NCBI GenBank assembly: GCA_964016885.1
Contig: OZ024746.1
Span: 8,494,001-8,558,000 of the forward strand
Direction of reading: 5' to 3'
DNA from: Eledone cirrhosa
Lineage: Eukaryota
Length of the DNA stretch: 64,000 nucleotides
Positions 1 through 14,104 of the stretch are shown in pieces (the stretch's first letter is position 1; each line of letters opens with the position of its first letter). The position numbers and the translations under genes are program-made. The notes under the pieces are model-generated. The model saw only the letters and a list, made by a program, of their open reading frames with translations, did no database searches and was not told the origin of the DNA.

Positions 1-760
1 AGAGGGTCGGACCCCATGTTTTGACGCATAGAGTTACGGCCCTTGGCCATTCTGAATTCAAATCCCGCCGAGGTTAACTTTGCCTTTCATCCTTACGGGG
101 TCGATAAAATAAAGTACCAGTAATACACTGGGGTGATTGCTGGCCTTGTGCCAAAAGTAGAAACAATTAGATTAAGTAACCCGTACTATAACGTGAACTT
201 GACAAAGTCATTTAACTTCCAACAATGATTAACATTATTTAATCGGTAGAGCGTCGGACAACATGCTTTGCAGCATAGGAGTTACGTCCCTTTACCGTCT
301 GAGTTCAAATCCGCTGAGGTTTACTTTGCCTTTCATCCTTACGGAGTCGATAAAATAAAGTACCAGTAATATACTGGATAATTGCTGGCCTTGTACCAAA
401 AGTAGAAACAATTATCTTAATCGGTAGAGCACCAGACAATATGTCTTGTGGTATATAGTTATGGCTCTTTACTTTCTGAGTTCAAATCCCACCGAAGTTA
501 GCTTTGCCTTTCATCCTTACAAGGGTTACAAGGTCGATAACATTAAGTAGAATAACTCACCGGGGTCAATATAATCGATTTTACCCTCCCCGCCAAATTG
601 TTGGCCTTGTGCCTAAATGAGAAACCATTATTTTAATCGGTAGAGCATCGGAAAATATGCATTGCGGTATATAGTTACGGCCCTTTATTTTCCGAGTTCA
701 AATCCTGCCGAGGTTAGCTTTGCCTTTCATCCTTTCAAGGTTAATAAAGTACTCAGTACA
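1..760 (+). mobile_element. Head-to-tail array of four tRNA-derived SINE copies (family S1)
   Basis: Repeated unit atcggtagag...gagttcaaatcc (B box)...gcctttcatccttacggggtcgataaaataaagtaccag...ggccttgtgccaaaagtagaaacaatta, starting at about 1, 241, 419 and 635. Confidence 0.85.
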
Positions 761-840
761 TCTGCTAGAGTAGTTACTAATGGGAATCTATAGCCACTAT
801 ACAGGAGATGTAAGATATGCATTACTTTATCAGTTTTTTG

Positions 841-872
<32 letters not shown>

Positions 873-900
873 TGTATGTATGTATGTATGTATGTATGTA

Positions 901-1421
901 GTTTCTTGGTTTCTTGGTGAGGAGGGTGACTTTGGACATCCTGCAGGACTAAAAACAAAACCTGTCAAAGGGCAAAGGAGCTCTTAAGAGTCAATGGCCA
1001 TCCAAAATCACCGGGAGAGATGACCCCTTAGCCTTTGTAAAGGCAGAATTCTAGGAGAAGGACAACTCTGATATAACACCTGCAACCCTGATGGTATCCA
1101 ATGATGTTGACTTGTTCTTCTTTTTGGTAAATATCATCTTGGTTAAGAGAGTGGGACTGGCTTTGTGCAGTGCCTTTGCTCACTATAAAAGCTTCACGAC
1201 ACAGGCATTGCTTTATATCTGGAGAAGTCTCTGCACTTGTCGTCACATGGTACCATGGGCCCAGCACTATGTCTCAATAATTGTCACAAGTGTAGTGTTT
1301 GTACCAGAGTTTTCAAGTCGCTGGCTGGACTAAAAAGTCACACTCGTTCAGCGCATCGGTAGGGGTTCTCCTACATGGATATAAAGTAGTGGCCGTACTC
1401 GAAAACGAGTTGGCAGCCACC
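901..1421 (+). mobile_element. Non-autonomous RTE-derived retroelement (family A), 5'-truncated, (TATG)n tail
   Basis: Near-identical to 20250-20658, 26673-27260, 49636-50241 and 53203-53552. Constant 3' end gagttggcagccacc, variable 5' ends. Carries the RTE-like 5' motif ctaggagaagg.caactctgat and a C2H2-like remnant CSVCTRVFKSLAGLKSHTRSAH. Confidence 0.75.
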
Positions 1422-1646
1422 ATGTATGTATGTATGTATGTATGTATGTATGTATGTATGTATGTATGTATGTATGTATGTATCTATGTATGTGATTTTG
1501 GACACCATGTAGAACAAAAAACAAAACCTGACAAAGGGCAGAAGAACTCATAAGAGTCAACGGCCATCCAAAAAGTGTAAATATGTCTATGCATATGTGT
1601 GTATATGTATATATGTATATGCTTGTGTGCATGTGTATGTATATGC

Positions 1647-1957
1647 GCGGGGACATAGAAATAATCGGGCTGGATACCCGATCACGTGGTTAAACCACTG
1701 GGAGTGAAGGACATTCTTCTAGGAGAAGGGTACTCAGGAAAGTGGCATAACTCCGATATAAAACCTGCGGCTCAGTAGTTACCGATGATGTTGATCTTTT
1801 CTTCTTTTCGGGTTATAGCTACTTTCGCTCAGAGAGTGGGATTGGCTCAGTGCACAGTCTTTTCTCACTTTAAAACATTGCACGATAGCATTAATTAATA
1901 ATTATTAATAATGTTATACCGTGCAATGGCCATACTCGATAACGAGGGGCAGTCATC
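1647..1957 (+). mobile_element. Non-autonomous RTE-derived element (family B, related to A)
   Basis: Second copy at 19815-20163. Shares ctaggagaagg, gatgatgttga, gagagtggga.tggct and the 3' hairpin ggccatactcgataacgag with family A. Confidence 0.65.
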
Positions 1958-1971
1958 ATGTATATATGTAT

Positions 1972-2200
1972 GTTCTTCTGGATTTAATTTCACAAATGTT
2001 CGCCAATAGAGAGAGAGTAGGTTTCTAACATAGTTACAAGACTATCTCATTGGAAATGTCTGCATGTCTGCATGCATGCATGTGTGTGCAGGTATGGATG
2101 TTATTGTATGTGTGGGTGTGTATGTTTTGAGTTGTATGTATGCATGTGCATACGCTTTGTATCTGTATATGTGTATATGCAGTTATCAGGTGCCAAATTT
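1972..2200 (-). mobile_element. 3' UTR fragment of R4/Dong-like family 2
   Basis: Matches 49092-49350 and 26360-26600; flanked by (TATG)n. Confidence 0.65.
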
Positions 2201-2521
2201 GTATGTATGTATGTATGTATGTATGTATGTATTATGTATGTTTGTATGTATGTATATCTGCACACGTATAAATGTGCCTGCAAAGGTATAAATTGCAGAT
2301 TTTTGCATGTCTGAAACTGTTTGTTTTGAGTAATTTATGTGAACATAGACATGTTAGTATGTCTACACGTGTGTATATGAACACAAACACACACACACAC
2401 ACACACAAATATATATACTTATATATATTTATATATATATAAATGCATACTTACATACACAGACACACATATATATCTATATCTGTGTGTGTGTGTATAC
2501 ATATACATACATAGATACACA

Positions 2522-2996
<475 letters not shown>

Positions 2997-3078
2997 GCAT
3001 ACTCCAGTCCCACAAACTGTAGAGTGCTTCTTATCCGATATCTGCATTGCTTTATTGTACTACAATAAAACTCACCTC

Positions 3079-3166
<88 letters not shown>

Positions 3167-3369
3167 TAAAAAGGAAAAGAAAATGCTGACAAATTTTTCC
3201 CAGTGAAAAATAGTTTAATTAGGAATAAGTATAAATTAGTAATAAGTATTGGTTAGTATTCAGTTTTAGTTTTTACCGGTTGCTCATTTCTAATGCTTTT
3301 CGAAATTAATTTTGAGATAGAGCGCCCGTGATTTTTAAAAAGCATTCTATCTCAAAATTTCACCTCTAT

Positions 3370-3402
<33 letters not shown>

Positions 3403-3627
3403 ATTGACGTGCAATTATACAGGTATGTGAGTTATTTTTACAGGTGTAAGAAGGAGTGTCAATGTTTATTCATTTAGAATACAGCAACAGCTATGGTGTT
3501 TCTACAGAGAGTTCCTTTCGTACGTTCTGTGAACGAAAATATTAGATTAAATAGCATGGAGTGCTTGAACTTCAATTATGCCAATGGAAATGAATTTGGT
3601 TAGTAGTAAATAGTATATATATACACA

Positions 3628-3727
3628 CAGGGTGTCCCCAAGGAATGTATACACACATCAACAACATTCTAATAAATACTGCCTGTATAGATATTCAAAG
3701 TGTGTCTACATTTTTTTTAACACCCTG
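3628..3727. mobile_element. Possible Tc1/mariner-type MITE remnant
   Basis: cagggtgt...acaccctg termini with internal inverted similarity (aatgtatacac / gtgtctacatt). Confidence 0.4.
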
Positions 3728-3811
3728 TACCCTGTATATATATATATATAGAGAGAGAGAGAGAAAGACACCGAGAAAGAGATTGAACCTAACCGCGAAG
3801 CCAAGGGGTTT

Positions 3812-3931
<120 letters not shown>

Positions 3932-3970
3932 CTCTATCTATCTATCTATCTATCTATATAGATTATATAG

Positions 3971-4844
3971 AGAAACACACAGATACATGCGGACACATAC
4001 ATATACATGAATATATCCACATATATCTCTGAATTAGTGGTACCAACCTCAACCTTAACTGGGACAGAATAATCCGAATGGATTAGATTGATTCAGTATC
4101 AGAGCTATATAATACATTATGAAGAGAGAAGAAACATTAGATATAATTAATAATAAGATATATCATACCTAAACTCCTTCTTTACTCCCCGACTACGTAG
4201 TTTCGTGGCATTTTATGCAAAAACACTACATCACAGAGATATAGAATTTTTGTGAGGTCTGCCGACTTATCAAGAGGATACCTCATTAAGAGTTTCAAAA
4301 CACGTCCGTAGGACGTGAGATAGAATTGAGGTTGGCACCACTAATTCAGAGATATATGTGGATATATTCATGTATATGTATGTGTCCGCATGTATCTGTG
4401 TGTTTCTATATATTGTTTATAACTCCCTTTGATCGAGTAACCTTTGAAGTGTAGTGACTGCTGGAAAGCTACAATTACTCATACTTCTCGCGACCTTAGC
4501 CACCTTTTCTACGGCTTTGATATAAGTACCCCCTCCGCCTCCGTGGTATTTTTTTCAGGGTTATAAGAGGCTTAGCTCTGTTTCTTGACCGCTGTATCAC
4601 ATGATTGACTCCCCTTCGCCTTTCGGGATTCTATCTGGCGTCCTACGGACGTGTTTTGAAACTCTTAATGAGGTATCCTCTTGATAAGTCGGGGCAGACC
4701 TCACAAAAATTCTATATCTCTGTGATGTAGTGTTTTTGCATAATATGCCACGAAACTACGTAGTCGGGGAGTAAAGAAGGAGATTGGGTATGATATATCT
4801 TATTATTAATTATATCTAATGTTTCTTCTCTCTTCATAATGTAT
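3971..4844. repeat. Two interleaved inverted repeats (3971-4052/4326-4407 and 4112-4315/4639-4844)
   Basis: Direct reverse-complement matches with a few substitutions. Confidence 0.85.
4676..4770 (+). ncRNA. Hammerhead-like motif with U3:A8 core variant (mirror copy 4186-4278, minus)
   Basis: tcctc-TTGATAA-gt..ggca...tgccac-GAAA-ctacgtag-TC-gggga; palindromic stem III ACTACGTAGT. Confidence 0.55.
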
Positions 4845-4984
4845 CTATAAAGATAGATAGATATCATATATATATATATATATATATGGAAACAGGTTTC
4901 TTGTGATAGAGATTGATAGATAGACACACTGACAAACAAAGTTAGATTGATAGACAGAGAATTGACATGCGCACCTGGGTTGGA

Positions 4985-5149
4985 TGTAGTATCGATACTA
5001 ACAGGTGTAGACCCAGAGTAAGAAGGTTGGATAACATCCATGAGGTGGGGTGGTCTCGCTTGGAGATCCAGCCGGATCGGTTGGAGACGCTTGCTTCAGA
5101 CAGGACCCACTAGAAGGAGTGTTTGAGGACTCTGCTCCCACGGTCCTCT

Positions 5150-5200
<51 letters not shown>
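4985..5200 (+). mobile_element. 3' end of an RTE-clade LINE with (GAA)n tail
   Basis: Translates as RPRVRRLDNIHEVGWSRLEIQPDRLETLASDR; homologous to 58010-58350 (-), 61235-61415 (+) and 38230-38280 (-). Confidence 0.65.
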
Positions 5201-5202
<2 letters not shown>

Positions 5203-5637
5203 TATATTCACATATATGACCCATTCATATATTTATGGTTACAAGTTCGTTATAACAACTGAGATTCTGTATTCCTGGCGGGAGAAGGCAATGAAATACA
5301 TTGTGAAAGAGTCATTTAACTCTGCATAAGGCCACATATTAGCGGGGAAAATCCTATTATCAATCTATCTGGACCTGTAACTCTTGAGGTAGTCGTAGGG
5401 ACGCTATCCGGTGTTTCTAGGCCATTTTAACACCCAGCGGAGCCCATCTCCTCTCCAGGTAACTATTGATATATTTCCACTGTTTTAAATAAATTATTTC
5501 AATACAACTGCAAAACATTTTGAAATCTTCTGTTCCTATAATCCCTGGTTGGTTTTATTCCTTACCCTCTTACAACAGAGATAATCATTCAACATACTGT
5601 TTGTGATCGGCCGAAAAATATTCTCTATCTTATCTTT

Positions 5638-5880
5638 ACAGCTCACACCTATGCAGGCTTAGCTGGCCTCCTCCAAGGTATATCTCGTTGGAGGTGTCTT
5701 GGGTGATTTAATGATAGGGACCCCAGTTCCTATCATCTCATTTCTACAGCTGAGTAAACTGGAGCAACGTGAAATAAAGTGTCTTGGTCAAGGAAACAAC
5801 ACATCACCCGGTTCCGAGAATTGAACTCACAACCTTTCGATTGCAAGCCCAATGCTCTAACCACTAAGCCTTGCACCTTC
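5638..5880 (-). mobile_element. tRNA-derived CORE-type SINE (family S2)
   Basis: Reverse complement of the copies at 13290 and 35806; A box tggcttagtgg, B box agttcaattc, CORE-like tccttgagcaagacacttta. Confidence 0.8.
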
Positions 5881-6062
5881 ACCTAATATTACCTAAAGCT
5901 ATATAAGGTGGTGGTGTAGCATGGTCGTAGTCCAAAGCCTGGAACTAAAAAATGACTTTGTAAAGGCTAATGGCACTGTTGCAAACACATTCACATATAC
6001 ACACGCTAAATGTGTGTGTATATAATATGATATATATATAATAAAGAATAACAAACACAGAG

Positions 6063-6138
<76 letters not shown>

Positions 6139-6141
6139 CAA

Positions 6142-6274
<133 letters not shown>

Positions 6275-6434
6275 TTGTCATTCTTGATTATATATATATA
6301 TCAAATATATCATATTATATACACACACACATATGGGTGTCTACATATATATGTACATATGTGTGTCTATATACATACATATATACATACATACATACAT
6401 ACACATATATATATATACATACATACATATATAT

Positions 6435-6648
6435 GGTGGCTGCCAACTCGTTTTCGAGTACGGCCACTACTTCATATCCATGTAGGAGAACCCCTACTGA
6501 TGCGCTGAACGAGTGTGACTTTTTAGTCCAACCAGCGACTTGTAAACTCTGGTACAAACACTACACTTGCGACAATTATTGACACATAGTGCTGGGCCCA
6601 TGGTATCATGTGACGACAAGTGCAGAGAGATCTCCAGATATAAAGCAA
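6435..6648 (-). mobile_element. Family A copy, 5'-truncated, in a (CATA)n-type context
   Basis: Reverse complement of the family A 3' ~210 bp; the flanking microsatellite is inverted too. Confidence 0.75.
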
Positions 6649-6684
6649 TATGTATACATATATACATATACATATATACATATA

Positions 6685-6715
<31 letters not shown>

Positions 6716-7312
6716 ATATACACACACACACATGTACATATATATGTAGACAGCCATATAATAACGAAGGTAACCCATACTAACACAGACAGTATCAAAT
6801 ATATGGTTACCAGCTAAATTCTCTTGTTTGTTGTTGTTTATTTTTATATCCATTAGACGTCTGTTGTCTAGTGAAATATGGTTTAAACAGCAGAGACAAG
6901 TTATAACTCCACAGCACGCCATGTTGAGAATCTTTCAAATGACGTCAACATGTATATAGGTGTTGTGACAATGTGTGTTTGTGAGCGTGGGTTGGTGTGT
7001 GTGTGTATGAGACTGTGTGTGTATGTGTGTGTATGTGTGTGTATGAGACCATGTGTCAGTATGTGTGTGTATGTGTCTGTATGTGTCAGTATGTGTGTGT
7101 ATGTGTGTGGACATAAAGTCCTTTACGAAGAGCACTGTATTTAGATAATGGAAGGCATAATTATGGAGTTTACGGATTGTATCAGTGAAACAGTGTTTGT
7201 ATAGCAGACTATATTATATGATACACACACACATACAGACACACACACAGACACACACATAGATACACATACAGACACACACAGACACACACAGAGACAC
7301 ACACACAGACAC

Positions 7313-7376
<64 letters not shown>

Positions 7377-7404
7377 ACATGTGTTTGTGTGTGTCTATAC
7401 TCAG

Positions 7405-7454
<50 letters not shown>

Positions 7455-7730
7455 GTCTGTCTGTGTGTGTCTATACACAGATACACACACACACACACAC
7501 ATATATATGTGTGTTTGTCTCTGTGTGTAGCTATACACACACACACACATATATATATATACGTGTGTCTGTGTGTGTATCTACACACACACACACACTA
7601 TAATTTACGTTATGGCAATGAAAGAAAAAGAGCTCCATAAAAACTTACAAAATGTGGGAAATATTATTTATATGAGGTCACTTTGATTAAGATAGTCAAT
7701 AATTCAGACGAATTATATAATAATAATATC

Positions 7731-7760
<30 letters not shown>

Positions 7761-7761
<1 letters not shown>

Positions 7762-8621
7762 CTTTCTTTATTAACCACAAGGGTTTACACAAAGTAGACA
7801 TTAAGGACACTACAGGACAATACAGGACGGTACAAATGGGCATTTCTGCATGTAAAAACAAAACAAAAAAGAAACAGAGGATGTAATAAAAGAACAATGA
7901 AAAATTCCCCAATAGGGGGCAGACTTCCGAGGGCCATCATGGAGAAAGCCCATTAAAAAAAGCCACGGTGACCCTGACCACCAGTGCAATTGTCCTCTCC
8001 CAGTTTTCCAGCTTCAATTTACAGGCATATACTCAGAGTAGGTCCATTCACTCGGGCCATACTTGCCTCTCTCACCCATCTTTCAACAAAAAGCTGGGAA
8101 GAGAGCACCTCCCTCTCTACCCTGATTTTCCTTTTCAAATGAAATTGGAAAAAGTTAATCAGGGCATCACCGAAGAGGTAAGTGCTCGTCTTCAGCCCTT
8201 TCAAACGTGTCCACCATACTATCTCTTTCGCCATGGCCACCAGACAGATAAAAAGTGCCTGCCCTTCCCGGCTAAAGGAAGAGGGCGGGGCAATCCTCAC
8301 AATGGACACAGCTGATAGTCGGATCCGTTCTACACGCGACAGCAGGTGTTCGACATAATCCCACAAGTCAGCAATTCTCGGACGAGTGCATGCAGGACGT
8401 TTTCGTCGCCCTGCGCGCATCTCGGACATGCCCGGCTGACGGCACCTCCATGCCTGTAGAGTTTATCCCGAACTGGCAAAGCTCCTCGGTAACACTGCCA
8501 GGCCAGGGATTTCTGGAAGTTGTCCATAGGCCCCGGCCTGAAAGTTCTTCCAAAGAGATTGGTTAGTTGATTTTCGTCCACGCCTAGAGTTTCCCCAAGT
8601 ACGTCGTCGCTCTTCCCCTCC
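7761..8621 (-). mobile_element. 5'-truncated L1/Tx1-clade LINE (ORF2 C-terminal zf-RVT region, frameshifted) inserted in (ATT)n
   Basis: ORF 8330-8623 AWQCYRGALPVRDKL..CPRCAQGDENVLH; ORF 8019-8429 AKEIVWWTR..FVERW. AATAAA precedes the (ATT)n tail, and (AAT)n lies on both sides. Confidence 0.75.
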
Positions 8622-8636
8622 AATAATAATAATAAT

Positions 8637-8885
8637 AATTGTTTCTACTTTAGGCACAAGGCCGGCAATTATCCCAGTGTATTACTGGTACTTTATTTTA
8701 TCGACCCCATAAGGATGAAAGGCAAAGTTAACCTCGGCGGGATTTGAACTCAGATCATAAAGAGCCGTAACTCTATGCTGCAAAGCATGGCGTCGGAATG
8801 GTTTCTTATATATGCACTAGGCCCGCAATTTTAGGGGAGAGGAAAGTCGATTAAATTGACCCCAGTGCGTGACTGGTGCTTTATT

Positions 8886-8921
<36 letters not shown>

Positions 8922-8955
8922 GTTTCTTATATAGGCACAAGGCCAGCAATTTTGT
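8637..8955 (-). mobile_element. S1 SINE plus two partial copies
   Basis: Reverse complement of the S1 body and 3' ends. Confidence 0.75.
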
Positions 8956-9528
8956 GTTTAGTCACCACATAAATTAGAAACATTGTAAAGACGTCCTATG
9001 CTGTATATAAAGACGCTCGCTTAGTTATTATTGTAAGTTCTGGTCGCTTTATATTCAACTTCCTGTGATCGAATACCACATACTGTAGTTTTCTACACCG
9101 GCTGAAGAATCAAGTAGTCGTAGAAACATCTAGATGTTCTAGAAGGTTGCTGTGCGCTAGATATACACTCATTGTTTTGTGTGTGCTTGGGATTCTTTAT
9201 TTCTATATATTCATTTCACATAAACATTTGTCATAACTCGAACAAATATTTAATTAGTTGCAGTGGCCACTCTCAGAGAACAAATAACTTGACTAGCGGA
9301 GTTAAGACACCCTTGTGGGGCTCAAGTTGGTTTGATTACTACAAACATACACAGCAACACACACGTACGCACAGAAGCAGACTCATTCAAACACATACAC
9401 ACGCACACACACCCAGATACACACACACATATACACACAGAAACACAGAGACACACAGACAAATACACACATGTATAAACATCACAAACACATATTCTAA
9501 AGCTAGGTGCGTATGCCTACGTTCACAT

Positions 9529-9570
<42 letters not shown>

Positions 9571-9589
9571 GAATATATGTGTGTGTGTG

Positions 9590-10135
<546 letters not shown>

Positions 10136-10564
10136 TTACATCTAGTCAGCTAATAAAAACAACGTCTATAAAAAACCAACGAACAAACAATAAGAGAGAA
10201 AGTGTTAACAACAACTTAGCGGAAGTTGAGGCATATGAAATGGAGGCGATACGTGAGCTGTGGCCATATTTGGTTCAGTATGCAGCAGCTCTAGTAGCGA
10301 CAGCGATACCGTTAGCTTCGTTGCTAACACAAACATATCTCAAGTTGCTCTTCTCTAATCTGTTATTTAATATTCTGCTCTAGTCCTCTGCTGCACATTG
10401 TTACTAAGATGAATAGAAGGTAGGCTTGGGGAGTCGTTTGTGCTGTCAGTTCGATAGCAGTGATACCTAAAGCGTTTTACTTTACCACACATACACACAC
10501 ATGCACACACACACACATCCACACATTCACCACATGCACATATACAAACACATACATAAATACA

Positions 10565-10750
10565 TGTGGATTGGCAGTATCGGTAGAGGGTCGGACGCCA
10601 TGCTTTCCAGCATAGTTACGTCCCTTTACGATCTGAGTTCAAATCCCGCCGAGGTTGACTTTGCCTTTCATCCTTACGGGGTCGATAAAATAAAGTACCA
10701 GTAATGCACTGGGTAATTGCTGGCCTTGTGCCAAAAGTAGAAACAATTAT
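10565..10750 (+). mobile_element. S1 SINE
   Basis: Full S1 body starting ggattggcagtatcggtagag. Confidence 0.8.
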
Positions 10751-10802
10751 ATATATATATATATATATACATGTATATATATATATTTGTATATATATAT
10801 AT

Positions 10803-11467
10803 ATTGTTATACTTTGGGAGGGTCATGTTGCCAATAAGAAACACAGGCACCAGTTGCTTTCACTTCAATTTATTATAATAAATTTATAAATTTAGGAATT
10901 TATAAATTTCCGGTTGGTTGGTTGGTTCCACAACCAGATGGTTGTTTATATATGGTCAAAGTTCTTTCGTCACACATTCTGTGACCTCTTCAGTGACTGG
11001 AGATTCTTTTTTTTGTTTTTGTGCCTCTCCTTTGTTCTGTCCTACGCCATTTTGTTTTTGTGTGTGTGTTGTGTGCTTAGTTTGCGCATGTGTTACATCC
11101 GGGTGTCTGTGTGTGTTTATATTCGTTTATTTATTTGTTTATTTACATGTTACTGGTTGGTTGTTTGTTCTATGTGCGTGTGTGTTTTCATGTTGTCCTT
11201 AATTGTAAGTTGTGATGTTGCTGTTCCACTCATGTTTTCTATTTAATTCTGGTTGTAATTCATTTATGTTTATTGCCTCTGTGATTTGTCTAAACATTGC
11301 GTCTTTTCTGTGTGTAGATTCTATTTTTATTTCTATGTTCTCTAATTTACCCTTATGTATTTTAGCATGTTGGTAGAGTACAGATGATTCTTTACTATCT
11401 TGAAGGTCTCGCCAGTGTTCATTTATCCGTTCCCTTATACTACGGGCTGTCTCACCTATGTACATTC
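10803..11467 (-). mobile_element. Penelope-like element 3' fragment: GIY-YIG endonuclease C-terminus plus pLTR
   Basis: ORF 11199-11465 YIGETARSIRERINEH..SVLYQH..ITEAININELQPELNRK; the downstream region matches the 24917-25464 palindrome. Confidence 0.85.
10955..10998 (-). ncRNA. Minimal type I hammerhead motif in the PLE 3' region
   Basis: gtca-CTGAAGA-ggtcacagaatgtgtgac-GAAA-gaac-TT-tgac. Confidence 0.7.
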
Positions 11468-11967
11468 AGAGTTCAAATCACGCCGAAGTTAACTTTGCCT
11501 TTCATCCTTACGGAGTCGATAAAATAAAGTACCAGTAATGCACTGGGTAATTGCTGGCCTTCTGCCAAAAGTAGAAACAATTATTATTATACTAATAAAT
11601 ATATGCTGCCACGGTGATGAAATTTCCTAGCTTTCAACTGCTCAATCAACCAACTTATCCGTAAAAATGTTCTGAAGATTGACACAATCCACATTGGTAA
11701 GCAGGAGAAAACCTGGAAACACGACAACGTTTTTCGATGTATTGCATTGTCTAATATAATTATTTCTTCAGAAAATGTTTCCCAGTTAAACCAGCGTTAA
11801 CTTCAGGTGTAGAGTTGTTTCTCCTTCGCTGAATGTTACAGAAACTATAAATAAGAAGCAGTCTAATAGATCCTAGATGTGATGTTTGTAAATGTGAAAA
11901 TTACTAATTTTTAGTCAAACAAAAGTAACCAACGTATTATTATCTTTAGATAAAAGATAATAGATAC

Positions 11968-12400
11968 CGATTGGCAGTATCGGTAGAGGGTCGGACGCCA
12001 TGCTTTGCAGCATAGTTATGGCCCTTGCCATTCTGAGTTCAAATCCCGCCGATGTTAACTTTTCCTTTCATCCTTACGGGGTCGAGAAAATAAAGCATCA
12101 GTAACGCACTGGGGTCAATTTAATCGACCCCTCCCCCCCAAATTACTGGCCTTGTGCCTATACTAGAAATCATTATTATCTTTAGAAAAATTTGGGCGGT
12201 GGTTTGGCAGTATCAGTAGAGCGTCAGACACTATGCTTTGCAACATAGTTATGGCCCTTTGCGTTCTGAGTTCAAATCCGCCGAGGTTAACTTTGCCTTT
12301 CATCCTTACGAGGTCGATAAAATAAAGTACCAGTAATACACTGGGGTAATCGTTGGCCTTGTGCCAAAAGTAGTAACTCTAAAGTAGAAACAATTATCTT
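11968..12400 (+). mobile_element. Two tandem S1 SINEs sharing a triplicated target site (attatctttaga)
   Basis: attatctttaga at about 11939, 12175 and 12393 brackets both copies. Confidence 0.75.
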
Positions 12401-13289
12401 TAGAAAAACTTTAAAGTTTGATCAATCTGAAATGGTAGATTTTTTCTGAAATGAACTTCACTTAATATAATTAATAAAGTGAAATTGATATAGCCAAATG
12501 ATATAGCGGATTAAATCATACTTCGATACTAAAGTCATATATATTTCTTTTAATGTTAGCAAAACTTCGCAAAAAGTTTGTTGTATGATTTAATTTTCTT
12601 TCATAACACATCAACTATACTTTTGATAGATCCTAATTAATTAAGTCGCATTAATGATATGACATGCAGGTTCATTCACCTTAACTTTCTGCCACGTGAC
12701 CAATAATTCAATTTCAGTTTCTGCTACTAATTTCGATAACGAGATTATTCTTTCCTTTTACTATGTCTAATCTGTTTATGAATTCTACAGCTGAGTGTAT
12801 TTCTTCCGTTTTTTCTGTTATACAATTTGAAGATGTAATAAACTGACTTCCTGATGATTTTAGCAATTTCTAGACCCGTGGAGTCCCCTATCGTTGTAGT
12901 TTTGAAACCCATAGGATGATTTGGGTTTACCTATACAATATACAATATCCTATAGTTGTATATAGAAGCTGGTACACGTTAGTTAATACTTTCTTTCATT
13001 CTACTGTTATTACCATTATTACAACAAACTGCCAGTGTGTCAACCGTATGTACATATCCACACGAAAAATACCTCAACGTCATCAGTCAGCCTACGAAGA
13101 TTAACAGTCAAATTTTCTCTCACTTGTGTCATAATGTACCTTTTATTACTTAATGTAGGATACAAGGATCCTACACACAGCATAGATCCACAATATGGAT
13201 CTATGATTATAAACAATTCTGTCCGAGGGAAATTGTGACAAAACTATTTAGGATGGTCATGGATAGAATGCCATTGATCATAGGTCTGT

Positions 13290-13525
13290 GAAGGCGCATG
13301 GCTTAGTGGTTAGAGCATTGGGCTTGCAATCGAAAGGTTGTGAATTCAATTCTCGAAACCGGGTGATGTGTTGTTTCCTTGAGCAAGACACTTTATTTCA
13401 CGTGGCTGCAGTTTACTCAGCTGTAGAAATGAGATGATAGGACTGGGGTCCCTATCATTAAATTACCCAACGAGATATACCTTGGAGGAGGCCAGCTAAA
13501 CCTGCATAGGTGTGAGCTGTCTCAC
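13290..13525 (+). mobile_element. S2 CORE-type SINE
   Basis: gaaggcgcatggcttagtggttagagc...gtgtgagctgt. Confidence 0.8.
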
Positions 13526-13919
13526 ACATACAATATCCTATAACAATAATTCCTTATACATCATTTTCAGCGCTCAGTTCCGTCCCTCAGGATATTAACT
13601 TAACATTCAATTATATTGGTTGTGTTTCAAGTTCTGGGGAGATTCAATCGAATTATGTCATGTCACCTGAAATGGCCTGTAACAACTTCACAACTAAAAC
13701 AATAAAAACCCATTTTGTATTGAATTATATATCTTTATCATTTACATTAAACATAATACATATTTCTTTAGTTCACTTCAAAATAATACCTCTTAATCGA
13801 TTATTTCGTTAGAAAATATACAGAAGACTGTGTTATCTTAAAACAGATTAACTAAGCCAGATCAGACTGGTCGTTCTTCCATCCCTCTCACAGTCTTATA
13901 AGACATTTTCAACTCAATA

Positions 13920-14104
13920 CGAGGGTTGACTGAAAAGTTCATAGGTTGTCCAAGATATTTCCATGGAATTACCAAATGAGGTTTATTTTTCAAGTTTCTA
14001 GAAAGAGTTATTAATAAGAATAGTTGAAACTAATGCATGCACGATTCCACAGCTCTAGCATCACTCCTTCATAGTCAGCCTATGAACATTTCAGCTGACC
14101 CTCG
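13920..14104. mobile_element. Mariner-type MITE (~185 bp)
   Basis: TA-cgagggttgactgaaaagttcatagg ... cctatgaacatttcagctgaccctcg-TA: imperfect ~26 bp TIRs with TA duplication. Confidence 0.75.

Noticed and set aside
1028-1333. Recurrent 79-80 aa ORFs (MLGPWYHV..., MVSNDVDL...) as a gene family
   Set aside because: They recur only because family A copies are near-identical; they overlap on both strands and show no recognisable domain.
9090-9146. Hammerhead-like CTGAAGA...GAAAcatctagatgTT
   Set aside because: Stem III is palindromic, but stems I and II do not pair convincingly.
13290-13370. tRNA gene
   Set aside because: A and B boxes are present but run straight into a SINE body found three times, and there is no proper acceptor stem.
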